Below are positions 18,493 through 32,739 of a stretch of DNA of 64,000 nt, one piece after another (positions within the stretch are counted from its first letter, which is position 1; each line of letters starts with the position of its first letter). The stretch is from the NCBI GenBank assembly GCA_027310665.1, contig DAIDAJ010000024.1, positions 17,607 to 81,606 on the forward strand. Reading direction: 5' to 3'. Source of the stretch: Sideroxydans sp. (lineage in GTDB: Bacteria; Pseudomonadota; Gammaproteobacteria; Burkholderiales; Gallionellaceae). Made by a program: the position numbers and the translations under genes. Under the pieces are notes generated by a model. It worked only from the letters and a program-made list of their open reading frames with translations, ran no database searches and was not told the DNA's origin.

Positions 18493-19285
18493 TCTCTTCT
18501 CCTTCAACGAAGGCGATGGAAGCATATCCCACCACTCTATCCTTAGACCCGGCGGTGTCACCGGAGTTTCGCAGATCGAGCAAATGGGGAGTGAGTCGAT
18601 GCTGTCGCGCCGCAAGGATCAGTCCATTGATAGGGGTGGCACCGCAGGCCTGGTCATGGGCGACAGGTTGCTGCAGGCCGAGAATGTCTATGACGGTGCG
18701 GTTGTCGAGGGATTGCGCGGCCGCGTAGGGCAGGTAATGCGACAGGTCGGAACTGATGACGATCAACGTGTCTTCTCCGCCCCATACTTTCTCGAGCACT
18801 GCGGCCACTTCTTCTGCAGATGCCATGCCAACCACCAGTGGCAGCAAAGTGAAGTCCTGCAATACGCTTTGCAGGAATGGAAGCTGCACTTCCAGTGAGT
18901 GTTCCTGCCGGTGCGCCTCGCCGCTGACGATCACTTGTGGCAGATTGGCGATGGCGCGCGCCGCGTCGGAATCCAGAGGTACACGTCCCAACGGCGTATC
19001 GAACGCATCTGCATCCGGCAAGGCTAATCCATGTATCGCTACCCGGTGGGCAGGGCCCAGTAACACCACGTGGCGGATGCGCGGTGCGATATCACGCAAC
19101 GTGGCATAGGCACTCGCGGCGATTGCGCCGGAATAGATGTAGCCCGCATGCGGGCAGACCAGTACTTTAGGGGTCAAGGTGCACGGCTGCGCCTCACGCA
19201 GGAATTCCTGCACGTCATGTGCAAGTTGTTCCGGATCGACTGGGTAGAACAATCCGGCTACGGCTGGCGGACGAACGACAGGCAT
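18485..19285 (-). CDS. AmmeMemoRadiSam system protein B (MEMO1 family)
   Basis: RPPAVAGLFYP, PHAGYIYSG, EHSLEVQLPFL, SSDLSHY, SGDTAG..VVGY. Confidence 0.92.
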   Translation of the reverse strand: MPVVRPPAVAGLFYPVDPEQLAHDVQEFLREAQPCTLTPKVLVCPHAGYIYSGAIAASAYATLRDIAPRIRHVVLLGPAHRVAIHGLALPDADAFDTPLGRVPLDSDAARAIANLPQVIVSGEAHRQEHSLEVQLPFLQSVLQDFTLLPLVVGMASAEEVAAVLEKVWGGEDTLIVISSDLSHYLPYAAAQSLDNRTVIDILGLQQPVAHDQACGATPINGLILAARQHRLTPHLLDLRNSGDTAGSKDRVVGYASIAFVEGEESD

Positions 19286-19384
19286 GGCTATCTCCTGATT
19301 CCAATATTTGTAATATGGCGATTGATTGCGAAGAATCAAGTCAAAATGTGACTTAAAAGTACACGGATATTTCATTTGGAGTTG

Positions 19385-19400
19385 TGTGACCAAAATCACT
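19385..19400. promoter_or_regulatory. CRP-like site TGTGA-N6-TCACT in the divergent MEMO / repeat-protein intergenic region
   Basis: TGTGACCAAAATCACT, 9/10 to the TGTGA-N6-TCACA consensus. Confidence 0.4.
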
Positions 19401-19520
19401 GAAATTTTAAAAATGCAGGTGTAGTATTCGACCCTGCTTCCATGGCGGGATGGTTTGGGAGCATATCTATATGATTGCAAGAAATTATTTCAGCCATCCC
19501 AAATTCAGTTGGAGGGCATC

Positions 19521-19949
19521 ATGAACAAGAAAGTCATGTTATTGAGCGTGTCCGTCGCTGCTTTATTGTCAGGAATGGCTGCCGCTGCCGATCAGACGCA
19601 AACCAGGGATCAAACGCAAGATCAGATAAAGGATCAAACCCAAGATCAGACAAGGGATCGGACGCGTGACCAGATAAAGGATCAGACACAGACGCAAGAT
19701 CGCACGCGGCAAACAACAGGAAGGCGGTTAATGACTCCCGAAGAGCGCCAACAGCAACGTGCCAAGATGCGTAGTACCACCACGAAGGAAGAGCGCGAGA
19801 AAGTCCGTGCCGAGCATCATGAAAGGATGAAGGAGCGCGCCAAGGAACAGGGCGCGTCCATTCCTGACAATCCTCCCGCAGGTGGCATGGGCGGAGGAAT
19901 GGGCGGGGGCATGGGAGGCGGAATGGGGCCTGGTGGCGGCAGACAATAA
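19521..19949 (+). CDS. Exported hypothetical protein with QTQD-type and GGMG repeats
   Basis: GGAGG RBS, signal peptide, Q/T/D/R repeats, helical LMTPEERQQQRAKM..HHERM segment, GGMG tail. Confidence 0.8.
   Translation: MNKKVMLLSVSVAALLSGMAAAADQTQTRDQTQDQIKDQTQDQTRDRTRDQIKDQTQTQDRTRQTTGRRLMTPEERQQQRAKMRSTTTKEEREKVRAEHHERMKERAKEQGASIPDNPPAGGMGGGMGGGMGGGMGPGGGRQ
19590..19709 (+). repeat. Degenerate ~12-nt coding tandem repeat (DQTQ/DQIK/DRTR)
   Basis: Recurrent GATCAG/GATCAA units at roughly 12-nt spacing. Confidence 0.75.
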
Positions 19950-19967
19950 GGTATCTCATGGGACAGG

Positions 19968-19999
19968 AAAATGGCTCGCGAATTTGCGGGCCATTTTTT
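19968..19999. terminator. Intrinsic terminator-like hairpin
   Basis: AAAATGGCTCGC-gaattt-GCGGGCCATTTT then TT. Confidence 0.7.
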
Positions 20000-20072
20000 A
20001 TCGGGTCTGCCGAAGATCGTGAGCCCGCTCGAGCGGCATATCTGCTACAACACTTTTCCCTGTTTGGAATAA

Positions 20073-20091
20073 ACAAATAATAATCATTATG
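20073..20091. promoter_or_regulatory. Candidate Fur box
   Basis: ACAAATAATAATCATTATG, 14/19 to GATAATGATAATCATTATC by hand. Confidence 0.4.
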
Positions 20092-20175
20092 AAATCTGGA
20101 GAAGCAGGTGCCAGGCCTTATCTATCGGCGTGACAAACAGCGTGTTCTGCGTCAGTATTATCCGATTGCGGCTGA

Positions 20176-22557
<2,382 letters not shown>

Positions 22558-22587
22558 TGCGCACAATTTGAGTCGGGGCAGAATATG

Positions 22588-22613
22588 CAAATGGCCGCGT
22601 AAGCGGCCATTTG
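22588..22613. terminator. Hairpin between convergent icd and mdh
   Basis: CAAATGGCCGC-gtaa-GCGGCCATTTG perfect stem. Confidence 0.75.
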
Positions 22614-22689
22614 TCTTTATGCGTACCGGCAGTTCAAGCCGGGATGGTTTCCTCAAGGCATCAGGCAACAGACGACTTGAAGAAACGGC

Positions 22690-23673
22690 TTAACCCAGCA
22701 GTTGTTTCACCATGTCGCGCTCACCGAGCAATTCGTTGTAACTGTCTATCATATGCTTGCGGCCAAGGTCGCTGATGGGCAGGTCTTGCACGATGTGGTA
22801 ATGGCCGTTGCGGCAGGTAACTGGGAAGCCATATATGACCCCTTCCGGAATTCCATAGCTGCCATCGGAAGGGACGCCCATGCTGACCCAGTCATTGTGA
22901 TGCGAATGCAATAGCCAGTCGTGGACATGGGCAATGGCGGCATTGGCAGCACTCGCCGCGCTGCTCAGGCCGCGCGCTTCGATCACCGCTGCGCCACGCT
23001 TCTGAACGGTAGGGATGAAAGTACTCTCAATCCAGTCGTGGTCTTGCAGCACTTCAGTCACCTTGCGCCCCCGAATCTCGGAATGCGACAGGTCGGGATA
23101 CTGTGTACCGGAGTGGTTGCCCCAGACAACCATTTTCTTCACATCGCGTATCGGCTGGAACAGTTTCAAGGCCACCTGTGCGATTCCGCGATTGTGGTCC
23201 AGGCGCATCATGGATGTGAAATTGCGCGGATCGAGGTCGGGAGCATTTTTCATCGCGATGAGTGCATTCGTGTTGGCGGGGTTGCCGACCACCAGCACCT
23301 TCACATGGCGTGCAGCCACTTCGTTGAGGATGCGACCCTGTTCGGAGAAGATGGCACCGTTGGCTTCCAGCAGATCCTTGCGTTCCATTCCTTTGCCGCG
23401 CGGACGCGCGCCAACCAGTATCACAACTTCGGCATCGCGAAAGGCCACGCGGGGATCGTCGGTGGTAATGATTTGTTGCAGGTTGGGGAAGGCACAGTCT
23501 TCCAGTTCCATCGCCACGCCATGCAGCATCGGTTGGGCCGGTGGTATGTCCAGCAGTTGCAGGATGATCGGCTGTTCGCGACCCAGCATGTCACCATTGG
23601 CGATTCGGAACAGCAGGTTGTAACCGATTTGTCCTGCGGCGCCGGTAATTGCTACGCGGATAGGTGCTTTCAT
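22690..23673 (-). CDS. mdh: Malate dehydrogenase
   Basis: [39 protein letters not shown]. Confidence 0.95.
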   Translation of the reverse strand: MKAPIRVAITGAAGQIGYNLLFRIANGDMLGREQPIILQLLDIPPAQPMLHGVAMELEDCAFPNLQQIITTDDPRVAFRDAEVVILVGARPRGKGMERKDLLEANGAIFSEQGRILNEVAARHVKVLVVGNPANTNALIAMKNAPDLDPRNFTSMMRLDHNRGIAQVALKLFQPIRDVKKMVVWGNHSGTQYPDLSHSEIRGRKVTEVLQDHDWIESTFIPTVQKRGAAVIEARGLSSAASAANAAIAHVHDWLLHSHHNDWVSMGVPSDGSYGIPEGVIYGFPVTCRNGHYHIVQDLPISDLGRKHMIDSYNELLGERDMVKQLLG

Positions 23674-23853
23674 GGTGTCCTCGCTTGGGGTTAAAAATTT
23701 ATTATAAATCCGGATTTTCAGAATGGATTATTAAATATTCAGCACCGAATTATAAATTTTGTACATGCGGAAACTTTATGGTCTTTAATGCTTTTCACTC
23801 GCCAAGTGTAGGTGTAGCATCGGGCTCTTGGAATTTGGTTGTGGAAGAAATCA

Positions 23854-24237
23854 ATGAACAAAATAATTAAACGCCGCCCCAAGCATCTCGCATTACACAA
23901 GATTCAATTTCCCCTCCCCAGTTATGTCTCCATTCTTCATCGCGTCAGCGGAGCAGTTCTATTTCTTTGCCTGCCGCTGTTATTGTTGTTGTTCGACCAG
24001 AGTCTGCGCTCGATCGAAACTTACACCAATCTGACCGAATATCTGGCACATCCTCTGCTGAAGCTGGTTCTGCTTGGCCTGATGTGGGCGTTTCTGCATC
24101 ACTTCTGCGCGGGGCTTCGATATTTGGCAATAGATTTGCATCTCCTGCCGACGCTGGCGCTGGCACGTAGCAGCAGCAAATGGGTGTTGGCCGTGAGTCT
24201 GTCGTTGACCGTCCTGTTGGGAGTGAAGCTATGGTGA
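23854..24237 (+). CDS. sdhC: Succinate dehydrogenase cytochrome b556 subunit
   Basis: RPKHL, SILHRVSG, HHFCAGLR; operon position. Confidence 0.92.
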   Translation: MNKIIKRRPKHLALHKIQFPLPSYVSILHRVSGAVLFLCLPLLLLLFDQSLRSIETYTNLTEYLAHPLLKLVLLGLMWAFLHHFCAGLRYLAIDLHLLPTLALARSSSKWVLAVSLSLTVLLGVKLW

Positions 24238-24578
24238 ATCGTATCTTGACAGGCGCACATTACGGTCTGCGCGACTGGTTGGTGCAGCGAGTTACTGCCG
24301 TGGTGATGGCAATCTATGCGGTGATAGTCGTCGTTTACTTGCTGATGCAGCCATCTTTCGGTTATGACACCTGGGCCGAGTTGTTTTCCGGCAATGTCAT
24401 GCGCACCTTTTCAATGTTGTTCCTGCTGAGCCTGTTTTATCACGCATGGATCGGCGTGCGTGACATCGTGATGGATTATGTGAAGCCGGCGAGCATCCGT
24501 CTGTTGATTCATGTGTTGGTCATTCTTGCACTGGTTGTTTACACGATCTGGTCGGTGCAGATTCTTTGGGGACTTTAA
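24231..24578 (+). CDS. sdhD: Succinate dehydrogenase hydrophobic anchor subunit
   Basis: [29 protein letters not shown]. Confidence 0.92.
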   Translation: MVNRILTGAHYGLRDWLVQRVTAVVMAIYAVIVVVYLLMQPSFGYDTWAELFSGNVMRTFSMLFLLSLFYHAWIGVRDIVMDYVKPASIRLLIHVLVILALVVYTIWSVQILWGL

Positions 24579-26341
24579 TGGCATTGGCGAAAAGAACATT
24601 CGATGTGGTGGTGGTGGGAGCCGGCGGCGCCGGGATGCGTGCCGCGCTGACTTTATCGGAGGCCGGGCTCAAAGTCGCGGTCCTGTCCAAGGTGTTCCCC
24701 ACGCGTTCTCATACAGTCGCAGCTCAGGGCGGTATCGCGGCTTCATTGGGGAATGTGAATGAAGACAACTGGCACTGGCATATGTACGACACGGTGAAAG
24801 GGTCGGACTATCTGGGCGACCAGGATGCCATTGAATATATGTGCCGCGCCGCACCGGAAGTGGTGTACGAACTCGAACATTTCGGCATGCCGTTCGACAG
24901 GTTGGACAGCGGCAAGATATACCAGCGCCCGTTCGGTGGTCACATGCAGGACTACGGCAAGAATCCTGTGCCGCGAGCCTGCGCTGCGGCCGATCGCACT
25001 GGGCATGCATTGCTGCACACGCTGTATCAGCAGAACGTGCGTGCCAATACGAATTTCTTCGTCGAGTGGATGGCGCTCGACCTGATCCGCGATCAGGACG
25101 GCGATGTGCTGGGCGTGGTTGCGATGGAAATCGAAACCTCCGAGGTAATGATCCTGCAAGCGCGGGCCACCCTGTTCGCCACGGGCGGGGCCGGGCGCAT
25201 CTTTTCGGCAAGCACGAATGCCTATATCAATACCGGCGACGGACTGGGCATGGCGGCACGCGCCGGCATACCGCTGGAGGACATGGAGTTCTTCCAGTTC
25301 CACCCGACAGGGGTACACGGTTCGGGAGTGCTCATCACCGAAGGCGTCCGCGGAGAAGGCGGTTATCTGGTGAACAAGGATGGCGAGCGCTTCATGCCGC
25401 GTTACGCGCCGACCGCCAAGGATCTGGCCAGCCGCGATGTGGTCTCGCGTGCGATGGCTACCGAGATCAAGGAAGGACGTGGCTGTGGGCCGCACGGCGA
25501 TCACGTCATGCTCAAGCTTGATCATCTGGGGGACGAGGTGATACGCCATCGTCTGCCCGGTATCCGCGATATCGCCATCAAATTTGCCCATGTCGATCCG
25601 TCCAAGGCGCCCATCCCGGTCGTTCCTACTGCTCATTACATGATGGGCGGCATCCCGACCAATTACCACGGACAGGTTGTGGCGCCACACGGTACCGCAC
25701 CGGAAGACGTCGTGCAGGGTTTCTACGCGGTAGGCGAATGTGCCTGTGTATCGGTGCATGGTGCGAACCGCCTGGGCTGTAATTCGTTGCTCGATCTGAT
25801 CGTGTTCGGGCGCGCAGCGGCGCGGCAGATCATCGAGGACTTGAAGAACAATCCGAATCCCAAGCCACTGCCTGCCGATGCTGCGGATCGACCGCTGGCG
25901 CGCCTGGCGCGGCTGGAGAACCAGAAGAATGGCGAGCGGGTTTCCGATGTCGGGGATGCGATGCGCAGGGTGATGCAGGCGCATTGCGGCGTGTTCCGCT
26001 TCCCGGATCTGCTGGCTGAAGGTGTGACCAGGATACGCGAAGTGGCAGAACGCGTACGCAACACCGAGATCAAGGACAAGAGCAAGGTGTTCAACACAGC
26101 GCGTATTGAGGCGTTGGAGCTGGATAACCTGATCGAAGTTGCGCAAGCCACGATGACCGCGGCCGAAGCGCGCAAGGAAAGCCGCGGCGCTCACGCGCGG
26201 GAGGACTTCTCTGAGCGCGACGACAAGAACTGGCTGAAACACTCGCTGTATTACAGCGAGGGATACCGGCTCGATTACAAGCCCGTGCACTTGAAGCCGC
26301 TGACAGTGGAATCGTTCCCGCTCAAGGCACGTGTGTATTGA
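24578..26341 (+). CDS. sdhA: Succinate dehydrogenase flavoprotein subunit
   Basis: [36 protein letters not shown]. Confidence 0.96.
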   Translation: MALAKRTFDVVVVGAGGAGMRAALTLSEAGLKVAVLSKVFPTRSHTVAAQGGIAASLGNVNEDNWHWHMYDTVKGSDYLGDQDAIEYMCRAAPEVVYELEHFGMPFDRLDSGKIYQRPFGGHMQDYGKNPVPRACAAADRTGHALLHTLYQQNVRANTNFFVEWMALDLIRDQDGDVLGVVAMEIETSEVMILQARATLFATGGAGRIFSASTNAYINTGDGLGMAARAGIPLEDMEFFQFHPTGVHGSGVLITEGVRGEGGYLVNKDGERFMPRYAPTAKDLASRDVVSRAMATEIKEGRGCGPHGDHVMLKLDHLGDEVIRHRLPGIRDIAIKFAHVDPSKAPIPVVPTAHYMMGGIPTNYHGQVVAPHGTAPEDVVQGFYAVGECACVSVHGANRLGCNSLLDLIVFGRAAARQIIEDLKNNPNPKPLPADAADRPLARLARLENQKNGERVSDVGDAMRRVMQAHCGVFRFPDLLAEGVTRIREVAERVRNTEIKDKSKVFNTARIEALELDNLIEVAQATMTAAEARKESRGAHAREDFSERDDKNWLKHSLYYSEGYRLDYKPVHLKPLTVESFPLKARVY

Positions 26342-26435
26342 TATACAACTGATGGGACTGCCACCGGCCGGTCGTTGGTCAAAGCCATTTCAACTTGATG
26401 AAACATGCCAAATGATTGGTTATAGGAGCTAGGCA

Positions 26436-27131
26436 ATGAAATTCAGAATTTACCGCTACAACCCGGACACCGACACTGCACCCTACATGCAGGATTTCGA
26501 GTTGAGTCTGGAAGCGGGCGACGCCATGTTGCTGGACGCGCTCATGTTGCTCAGGCAACAGGATGACAGTATCGGCTTCCGCAAATCCTGCCGCGAAGGC
26601 GTGTGCGGATCGGATGCAATGAACATCAACGGGCGCAATGGCCTGGCTTGTATCACGGCGCTGTCTTCGCTGAAGCAGCCCATCGAGATACGCCCGTTGC
26701 CGGGGCTCCCGGTCATCCGTGACCTGATCGTGGATATGACGCAGTTCTTCAAGCAATACCACTCGATCAAGCCTTATCTGGTGAACAACGATCCGCCGCC
26801 GGAAACGGAGCGCCTGCAATCGCCGAAGGATCGCCTGGAACTGGACGGTTTGTACGAATGCATCCTGTGCGGATGCTGTTCAACTTCATGTCCGTCGTTC
26901 TGGTGGAATCCGGACAAATTCGTCGGCCCGGCCGGCCTGCTGCAAGCCTACCGCTTCATTGCCGATACGCGCGATCAGGATACGGCCGCGAGGCTGGACA
27001 ATCTGGAAGATCCTTATCGCCTGTTCCGTTGCCATACCATCATGAACTGTGTGGATGTATGTCCGAAGGAACTGAATCCGACGGAAGCGATCGGCAAGAT
27101 CAAGGATATGATGGTCAAACGCGCGGTATGA
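26436..27131 (+). CDS. sdhB: Succinate dehydrogenase iron-sulfur subunit
   Basis: SCREGVCGSD, CILCGCCSTSCP, CHTIMNCVDVCP. Confidence 0.96.
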   Translation: MKFRIYRYNPDTDTAPYMQDFELSLEAGDAMLLDALMLLRQQDDSIGFRKSCREGVCGSDAMNINGRNGLACITALSSLKQPIEIRPLPGLPVIRDLIVDMTQFFKQYHSIKPYLVNNDPPPETERLQSPKDRLELDGLYECILCGCCSTSCPSFWWNPDKFVGPAGLLQAYRFIADTRDQDTAARLDNLEDPYRLFRCHTIMNCVDVCPKELNPTEAIGKIKDMMVKRAV

Positions 27132-27361
27132 AAGAACTGGAACGCGTGCGCTGGCGCTGCCGGCGCGGTCTGCTGGAACTGGATATTGTGTTGGGGCGTT
27201 TTATCGAGCAACGATACGCAACGATGGACAACGAACAACGAATAGTTTTCGATGAATTGTTGGACTTGCCCGATACGGAACTCTGGGATTTGATCACGGG
27301 GAAAAGAGAACCGGCACCGGCGCATCAGCGCGTGGTGCTGGGATGGCTAAAAGAAGTTTGA
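27128..27361 (+). CDS. sdhE: Succinate dehydrogenase assembly factor 2
   Basis: [11 protein letters not shown] motif; ATGA overlap with sdhB. Confidence 0.9.
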   Translation: MKELERVRWRCRRGLLELDIVLGRFIEQRYATMDNEQRIVFDELLDLPDTELWDLITGKREPAPAHQRVVLGWLKEV

Positions 27362-27381
27362 ACGAAGCGAGGGCTGAGAAA

Positions 27382-28668
27382 ATGGAAAGCAAACGTATCG
27401 CAAAATTAACTCTAGATGACGGTCGCAGCATCGATTTGCCAATTATTTCCGGTACGCTGGGCCCCGATGTGATCGACATCAGAGCCTTGGGGAAATTGGG
27501 CGTATTCACTTATGACCCCGCGTTCTTTTCCACTTCAAGCTGTACCTCCGAGATCACATTCATCGATGGCGACGCTGGATTGCTGTACTACAGGGGCTAT
27601 CCGATCGAGCAACTGGCGGAGAAATCCGATTTTCTGGAAGTGTGCTACCTGCTTCTGAATGGCGAATTGCCGAATTCGGAACAGAAGGCGCAGTTCACTT
27701 ACAACATCACCCATCACACCATGGTGCACGATCAGCTTGCGCGTTTCTTCAACGGATTCCGCCGCGATGCCCACCCGATGGCGGTGATGGTCGGCGTGGT
27801 GGGTGCGCTTTCCGCCTTCTACCACGATTCTCTCGACATCAACGACCCTCAGCACCGGGCGGTTTCGGCGCAGCGCTTGCTGGCGAAGGTGCCCACTATT
27901 GCCGCGATGACACACAAGTACAGTGTCGGGGAGCCCTTTGTTTATCCAAAAAACAAATTCGGTTTCGTCGAGAACCTGATGTACATGATGTTCGCCACGC
28001 CAGCGGAAGAATACGTGCCCAATCCGATACTGGTCCGCGCCCTTGAACGCATACTCATTTTGCACGCCGATCACGAACAGAATGCCTCCACTTCGACCGT
28101 GCGCCTAGCCGGTTCGAGCGGGGCGAATCCGTTCGCCTGTATCTCCTCGGGTATTGCTGCCCTGTGGGGACCGGCCCATGGAGGTGCGAACGAAGCTGCG
28201 CTGAAGATGCTGGAAGAGATCGGTGACGTGTCGCGCGTCGCCGAATATGTGCAAGGCGTGAAGGACAAGAAATATAAACTGATGGGATTTGGCCATCGCG
28301 TCTACAAGAACATGGATCCGCGTGCATCGGTGATGCGTCAGACTTGTCATGAAGTCTTGTCGGAACTGAAGCTGGAGAACAATAAGCTTTTCGAGCTGGC
28401 GATGGTGCTGGAAAAGACTGCCTTGAGCGATCCGTATTTCATCGAGCGCAAGCTTTATCCGAATGTGGACTTCTATTCCGGCATCGTGCTGCGCGCGCTG
28501 GGTATCCCGTCCAACATGTTCACGGTGATCTTTGCCGTGGCTCGCACCATCGGCTGGGTATCGCAGTGGAACGAGATGATCGCGGATTCCGAATACAAGA
28601 TCGGCCGTCCGCGACAATTGTACCGTGGAGCGGTGCGGCGCGATTTTGTGCCGCTTGCAAAACGCTGA
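27382..28668 (+). CDS. gltA: Citrate synthase
   Basis: [35 protein letters not shown]. Confidence 0.96.
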   Translation: MESKRIAKLTLDDGRSIDLPIISGTLGPDVIDIRALGKLGVFTYDPAFFSTSSCTSEITFIDGDAGLLYYRGYPIEQLAEKSDFLEVCYLLLNGELPNSEQKAQFTYNITHHTMVHDQLARFFNGFRRDAHPMAVMVGVVGALSAFYHDSLDINDPQHRAVSAQRLLAKVPTIAAMTHKYSVGEPFVYPKNKFGFVENLMYMMFATPAEEYVPNPILVRALERILILHADHEQNASTSTVRLAGSSGANPFACISSGIAALWGPAHGGANEAALKMLEEIGDVSRVAEYVQGVKDKKYKLMGFGHRVYKNMDPRASVMRQTCHEVLSELKLENNKLFELAMVLEKTALSDPYFIERKLYPNVDFYSGIVLRALGIPSNMFTVIFAVARTIGWVSQWNEMIADSEYKIGRPRQLYRGAVRRDFVPLAKR

Positions 28669-28685
28669 GGGAAGCGAGGAAGATC

Positions 28686-31553
28686 ATGAATGCTCCGGGA
28701 AACAACTATCTGCAGATGATGCAGAGCACCTCCCTGTTGTCGGGAGGAAACAATGCCTTCGTCGAGGGTTTGTATGAAGACTATCTGCAGGATGCAACTT
28801 CCGTTCCGGCGGAATGGCGCGCCTATTTCGACAAACTGCAAGCCGCAAATCTCCAGCACGATGTGGCGCATAGCCCGATCCAGCGCGGTTTCCTGGAACT
28901 GGGCAAGCGCCGTGCGGAGCCGCCGGTACATGCCGACGAATCGCGCAAGCAGGCCAAGGTTCTTCAGCTCATCAATGCCTATCGCTTTCTGGGTGCGCGC
29001 GTTGCCGAACTCGATCCGCTGAAACGCCACCCCGCTCCGGAAGTGGCGGAATTGAACCCGTCCTATTACGGGCTGAGCGAAGCCGACATGGATGCGACTT
29101 TCTTCACCGGATCGCTGGAGGGCGGCAAGCGCATGACCCTGCGCGAGATACTGCAACGCCTGCGCCGCATCTATTGCAGCAGTGTCGGCGCCGAATACAT
29201 GTACATCAGCAGCGTCGTTGAGAAGCGCTGGATACAAGCGCGCCTGGAGGGTGCTGCCGGCGAGCCGCATTATCCCAATGAAACCAGGAAGCGCATTCTT
29301 GAAAGATTGACGGCAGCCGAAGGACTGGAGCGCTATCTGCACACCAAGTATGTCGGACAAAAGCGGTTTTCCCTGGAAGGCGGCGACACGTTGATTCCAA
29401 TGCTGGACCATTTGTTGCAGCGGGCCGGCAATCAGGGCGTCAAGGAATCCGTCATCGGCATGGCACACCGCGGTCGTCTGAATGTGCTGATCAATACATT
29501 GGGCAAGCTGCCCAAGGAATTGTTTGCGGAATTCGAGGGTATCCATACGGAACATCTGGCTGCGGGCGATGTGAAATACCATCAGGGTTTCTCGTCGGAT
29601 ATCGCCACGCCCGGCGGCCCCATGCATCTCACACTGGCGTTCAATCCATCGCATCTGGAGATCGTCAATCCTGTCGTCGAGGGATCCGTACGCGCCCGGC
29701 AACATCGCCGTCACGATGTCAAAGGCAAGCAGGTGTTGCCGATCCTGCTTCACGGCGACTCGGCTTTCGGCGGCCAGGGCGTCAATCAGGAAACGTTCAA
29801 CCTGTCGCAAACGCGCGGCTATGGCACTGGCGGGACCGTGCATATCGTGGTCAACAACCAGATCGGCTTTACCACATCCGACCCGCGCGACATGCGCTCG
29901 TCGCTGTATTGCACCGACGTCGCGAAGATGGTCGATGCGCCGATTCTGCATGTGAATGCGGACGACCCGGAGGCGGTGTTGCTGATCACCGAGATTGCAA
30001 TCGATTATCGTATGCATTTCGGCAAAGACGTCGTGGTGGACTTGGTGTGCTTCCGCAAGCTGGGACACAACGAACAAGACGAACCTTTGGTCACCCAACC
30101 GTTGATGTATCGCAAAGTCAATCAGCATCCAGGCACGCGCGCTTTGTACGCGAAGCGTCTGGTGGAGCAGGGCGTGCTGACTGCGGATGAGCCGGATGCA
30201 ATGGTTGCAGCCTATCGGCAGGCGATGGACGAAGGCCGCAATCCAATACAGCCGGTGCTGACCGAGTTCAAGCATGAGTTTGCGGTGAGCTGGTCGAAAT
30301 TCATCGGCAACATCTCCTGGAGGACGCCGGCAGTGACCGCTGTTCCGCTTGAGCGCCTGCGGCAACTGGCTGAACGTTTGGTCGCGATTCCCGGGAATTT
30401 CAAGCTGCACTCGCGGGTGGAGAAGATCATCGCCGACCGTGTCGCGATGGGCAAAGGCGAGCTGGCACTGGACTGGGGCATGGCCGAAAATCTCGCCTAT
30501 GCAAGCCTGGTTGCGGAAGGCTATCCGGTGCGCCTGTCCGGCGAGGATACCGGTCGCGGTACTTTCTTCCACCGGCATGCCGTGTTGCACGACCAGAACC
30601 GCGAACAATGGGACAAGGGCTTGTATATTCCCTTGCAGCACATCGCTCCGGATCAGGCCGACTTTATCGTGATCGATTCGATACTCTCGGAAGAAGCGGT
30701 ATTGGGATTCGAATACGGTTATGCCACGGCCGAGCCGAACACCCTGACGATCTGGGAAGCCCAGTTCGGTGATTTCGTTAACGGTGCGCAAGTGGTCATC
30801 GACCAGTTCATCGCTTCCGGCGAAGCCAAGTGGGGCAGGTTGTGCGGCCTTACCATGCTCTTGCCGCATGGTTACGAGGGACAGGGGCCGGAACACTCTT
30901 CCGGCCGGATTGAGCGTTACCTGCAACTATGTGCCGACTACAATATCCAGGTGTGCGTCCCCACCACATCTGCCCAGATATTCCACTTGTTGCGCCGCCA
31001 GATGCTGCGACCCTATCGCAAGCCTCTTGTTGTGTTCACTCCCAAGAGCTTGCTGCGCAGCAAGGATGCGGCTTCCCCGATGCAAATGCTGGCGGAAGGA
31101 ACCTTCCAGACCGTGATACCCGAGGTCGAGACAATGGATGCCGCAAAGGTGAAACGTGTCATCGTGTGCAGCGGCAAGGTGTACTTCGATCTTATCAAGC
31201 ATCGCCGCGAAAAGGGCATCGAGAACACTCCGGTCATCCGGCTGGAGCAGCTGTATCCTTTCCCGCACGACGAATTCGCCGCACAGATCGCAGCATATCC
31301 AAAAGCGACGGAGGTAGTCTGGTGTCAGGAAGAACCGGGCAATCAGGGGGCATGGCATCGTATTCAGCACTACCTCGTTCGCCATATGCGCAAAGAGATG
31401 CGTCTAGAATATGCGCTGCGCCCTTCTTCAGCCTCGCCTGCGGCGGGTTATCTGGCCACGCATAATGAACAGCAAAAAGCGGTGATCGAAGCTGCATTCC
31501 GTCCCGACCTCGACGTAAAGAACATACCAGGAGCGCACCATGAGCATCATTGA
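28686..31553 (+). CDS. sucA: 2-oxoglutarate dehydrogenase E1
   Basis: [44 protein letters not shown]. Confidence 0.96.
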   Translation: MNAPGNNYLQMMQSTSLLSGGNNAFVEGLYEDYLQDATSVPAEWRAYFDKLQAANLQHDVAHSPIQRGFLELGKRRAEPPVHADESRKQAKVLQLINAYRFLGARVAELDPLKRHPAPEVAELNPSYYGLSEADMDATFFTGSLEGGKRMTLREILQRLRRIYCSSVGAEYMYISSVVEKRWIQARLEGAAGEPHYPNETRKRILERLTAAEGLERYLHTKYVGQKRFSLEGGDTLIPMLDHLLQRAGNQGVKESVIGMAHRGRLNVLINTLGKLPKELFAEFEGIHTEHLAAGDVKYHQGFSSDIATPGGPMHLTLAFNPSHLEIVNPVVEGSVRARQHRRHDVKGKQVLPILLHGDSAFGGQGVNQETFNLSQTRGYGTGGTVHIVVNNQIGFTTSDPRDMRSSLYCTDVAKMVDAPILHVNADDPEAVLLITEIAIDYRMHFGKDVVVDLVCFRKLGHNEQDEPLVTQPLMYRKVNQHPGTRALYAKRLVEQGVLTADEPDAMVAAYRQAMDEGRNPIQPVLTEFKHEFAVSWSKFIGNISWRTPAVTAVPLERLRQLAERLVAIPGNFKLHSRVEKIIADRVAMGKGELALDWGMAENLAYASLVAEGYPVRLSGEDTGRGTFFHRHAVLHDQNREQWDKGLYIPLQHIAPDQADFIVIDSILSEEAVLGFEYGYATAEPNTLTIWEAQFGDFVNGAQVVIDQFIASGEAKWGRLCGLTMLLPHGYEGQGPEHSSGRIERYLQLCADYNIQVCVPTTSAQIFHLLRRQMLRPYRKPLVVFTPKSLLRSKDAASPMQMLAEGTFQTVIPEVETMDAAKVKRVIVCSGKVYFDLIKHRREKGIENTPVIRLEQLYPFPHDEFAAQIAAYPKATEVVWCQEEPGNQGAWHRIQHYLVRHMRKEMRLEYALRPSSASPAAGYLATHNEQQKAVIEAAFRPDLDVKNIPGAHHEHH

Positions 31554-32739
31554 AGTCAAAGTCCCGCAACTTTCCGAGTCAGTATCCGAGGCCTCTTTGC
31601 TGACCTGGCATAAGCAAGCCGGCCAGGCAGTGAAGGAAGGCGAGAATCTGATCGATATCGAGACTGATAAAGTGGTCCTGGAATTGCCGGCGATCAAGAG
31701 CGGTGTTCTGGTAAAGATCATCAAAACTGACGGAGCGAAAGTGGGAAGCGGTGAAGTCATCGCCCAGATCGACACGGCAGCACAAGCTGCCGAAGTGCCG
31801 GTTGCGGTTCCTGCCACGGTACCTGTTGCTGCAGCCAGTGCCCCCAAGGTGTCGCCCCAAGCTGCAGCCGTGTCTCCTTCGGCGCGCAAAATGGCGAATG
31901 CGCTTGATGTGGATACCGCCGGCTTGCAGGGCAGCGGCCGCAAGGGTCTGGTGACCAAGGAAGACGTGTTGGGTGCGGTCCAGCAACCAGCACCGAGCCA
32001 GCCAATGATCGCACCAGTTGCCGTACCTGCGGGAGACCGCCCCGAGCAGCGTGTGCCGATGACGCGCATACGCCAGCGTATCGCCGAGCGCCTGCTGCAA
32101 TCGCAGCAGAATTCCGCGATCCTGACCACGTTCAACGAAGTGAACATGCAGCCGGTGATCGAGCTGCGCAACAAATACAAAGAAGCCTTCGAGAAGAAAC
32201 ACGGCGTCAAACTCGGTTTCTCGTCGTTCTTCGTCAAGGCAGTCGTGATCGCCTTGCAGAAATTCCCTATCGTCAATGCTTCGGTGGACGGCACCGACAT
32301 CATTTACCACGGCTACTTCGACATCGGCATGGCAATCGGCAGCGAACGCGGTCTGGTTGTGCCAATTTTGCGTGACGCGGACAAGATGTCCATTGCGGAC
32401 ATCGAGAAGAGCATCGCGGAGTATGCCGCACGCGCCAAAGTCGGCAAGATCACGATGGAAGAGTTGACCGGCGGTACTTTCTCCATCACCAATGGCGGAG
32501 TATTCGGCTCCATGCTTTCCACACCCATCATCAATCCGCCGCAGAGTGCGATTCTCGGCATACATGCCACCAAGGACCGTCCGGTGGCTGAGAACGGCCA
32601 AGTGGTCATCCGCCCGATGAACTACCTGGCGCTTTCCTACGATCACCGCATCATCGATGGGCGTGAGGCCGTGCAATTCCTCGTCACGATCAAAGAAGTG
32701 CTGGAAGAGTTTTCGGCACGCGTACTGCTGGATCTGTAA
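31540..32739 (+). CDS. sucB: Dihydrolipoamide succinyltransferase E2
   Basis: Lipoyl domain ETDKV, GSGRKG E3-binding region, [10 protein letters not shown]. Confidence 0.95.
   Translation: MSIIEVKVPQLSESVSEASLLTWHKQAGQAVKEGENLIDIETDKVVLELPAIKSGVLVKIIKTDGAKVGSGEVIAQIDTAAQAAEVPVAVPATVPVAAASAPKVSPQAAAVSPSARKMANALDVDTAGLQGSGRKGLVTKEDVLGAVQQPAPSQPMIAPVAVPAGDRPEQRVPMTRIRQRIAERLLQSQQNSAILTTFNEVNMQPVIELRNKYKEAFEKKHGVKLGFSSFFVKAVVIALQKFPIVNASVDGTDIIYHGYFDIGMAIGSERGLVVPILRDADKMSIADIEKSIAEYAARAKVGKITMEELTGGTFSITNGGVFGSMLSTPIINPPQSAILGIHATKDRPVAENGQVVIRPMNYLALSYDHRIIDGREAVQFLVTIKEVLEEFSARVLLDL

Noticed and set aside
19322-19339. FNR-like TTGAT...ATCAA
   Set aside because: The spacer is 8 nt, not the 4 nt required.
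23674-23853. ATTATAAAT repeats between mdh and sdhC as an operator
   Set aside because: Indistinguishable from an ordinary AT-rich divergent promoter region.
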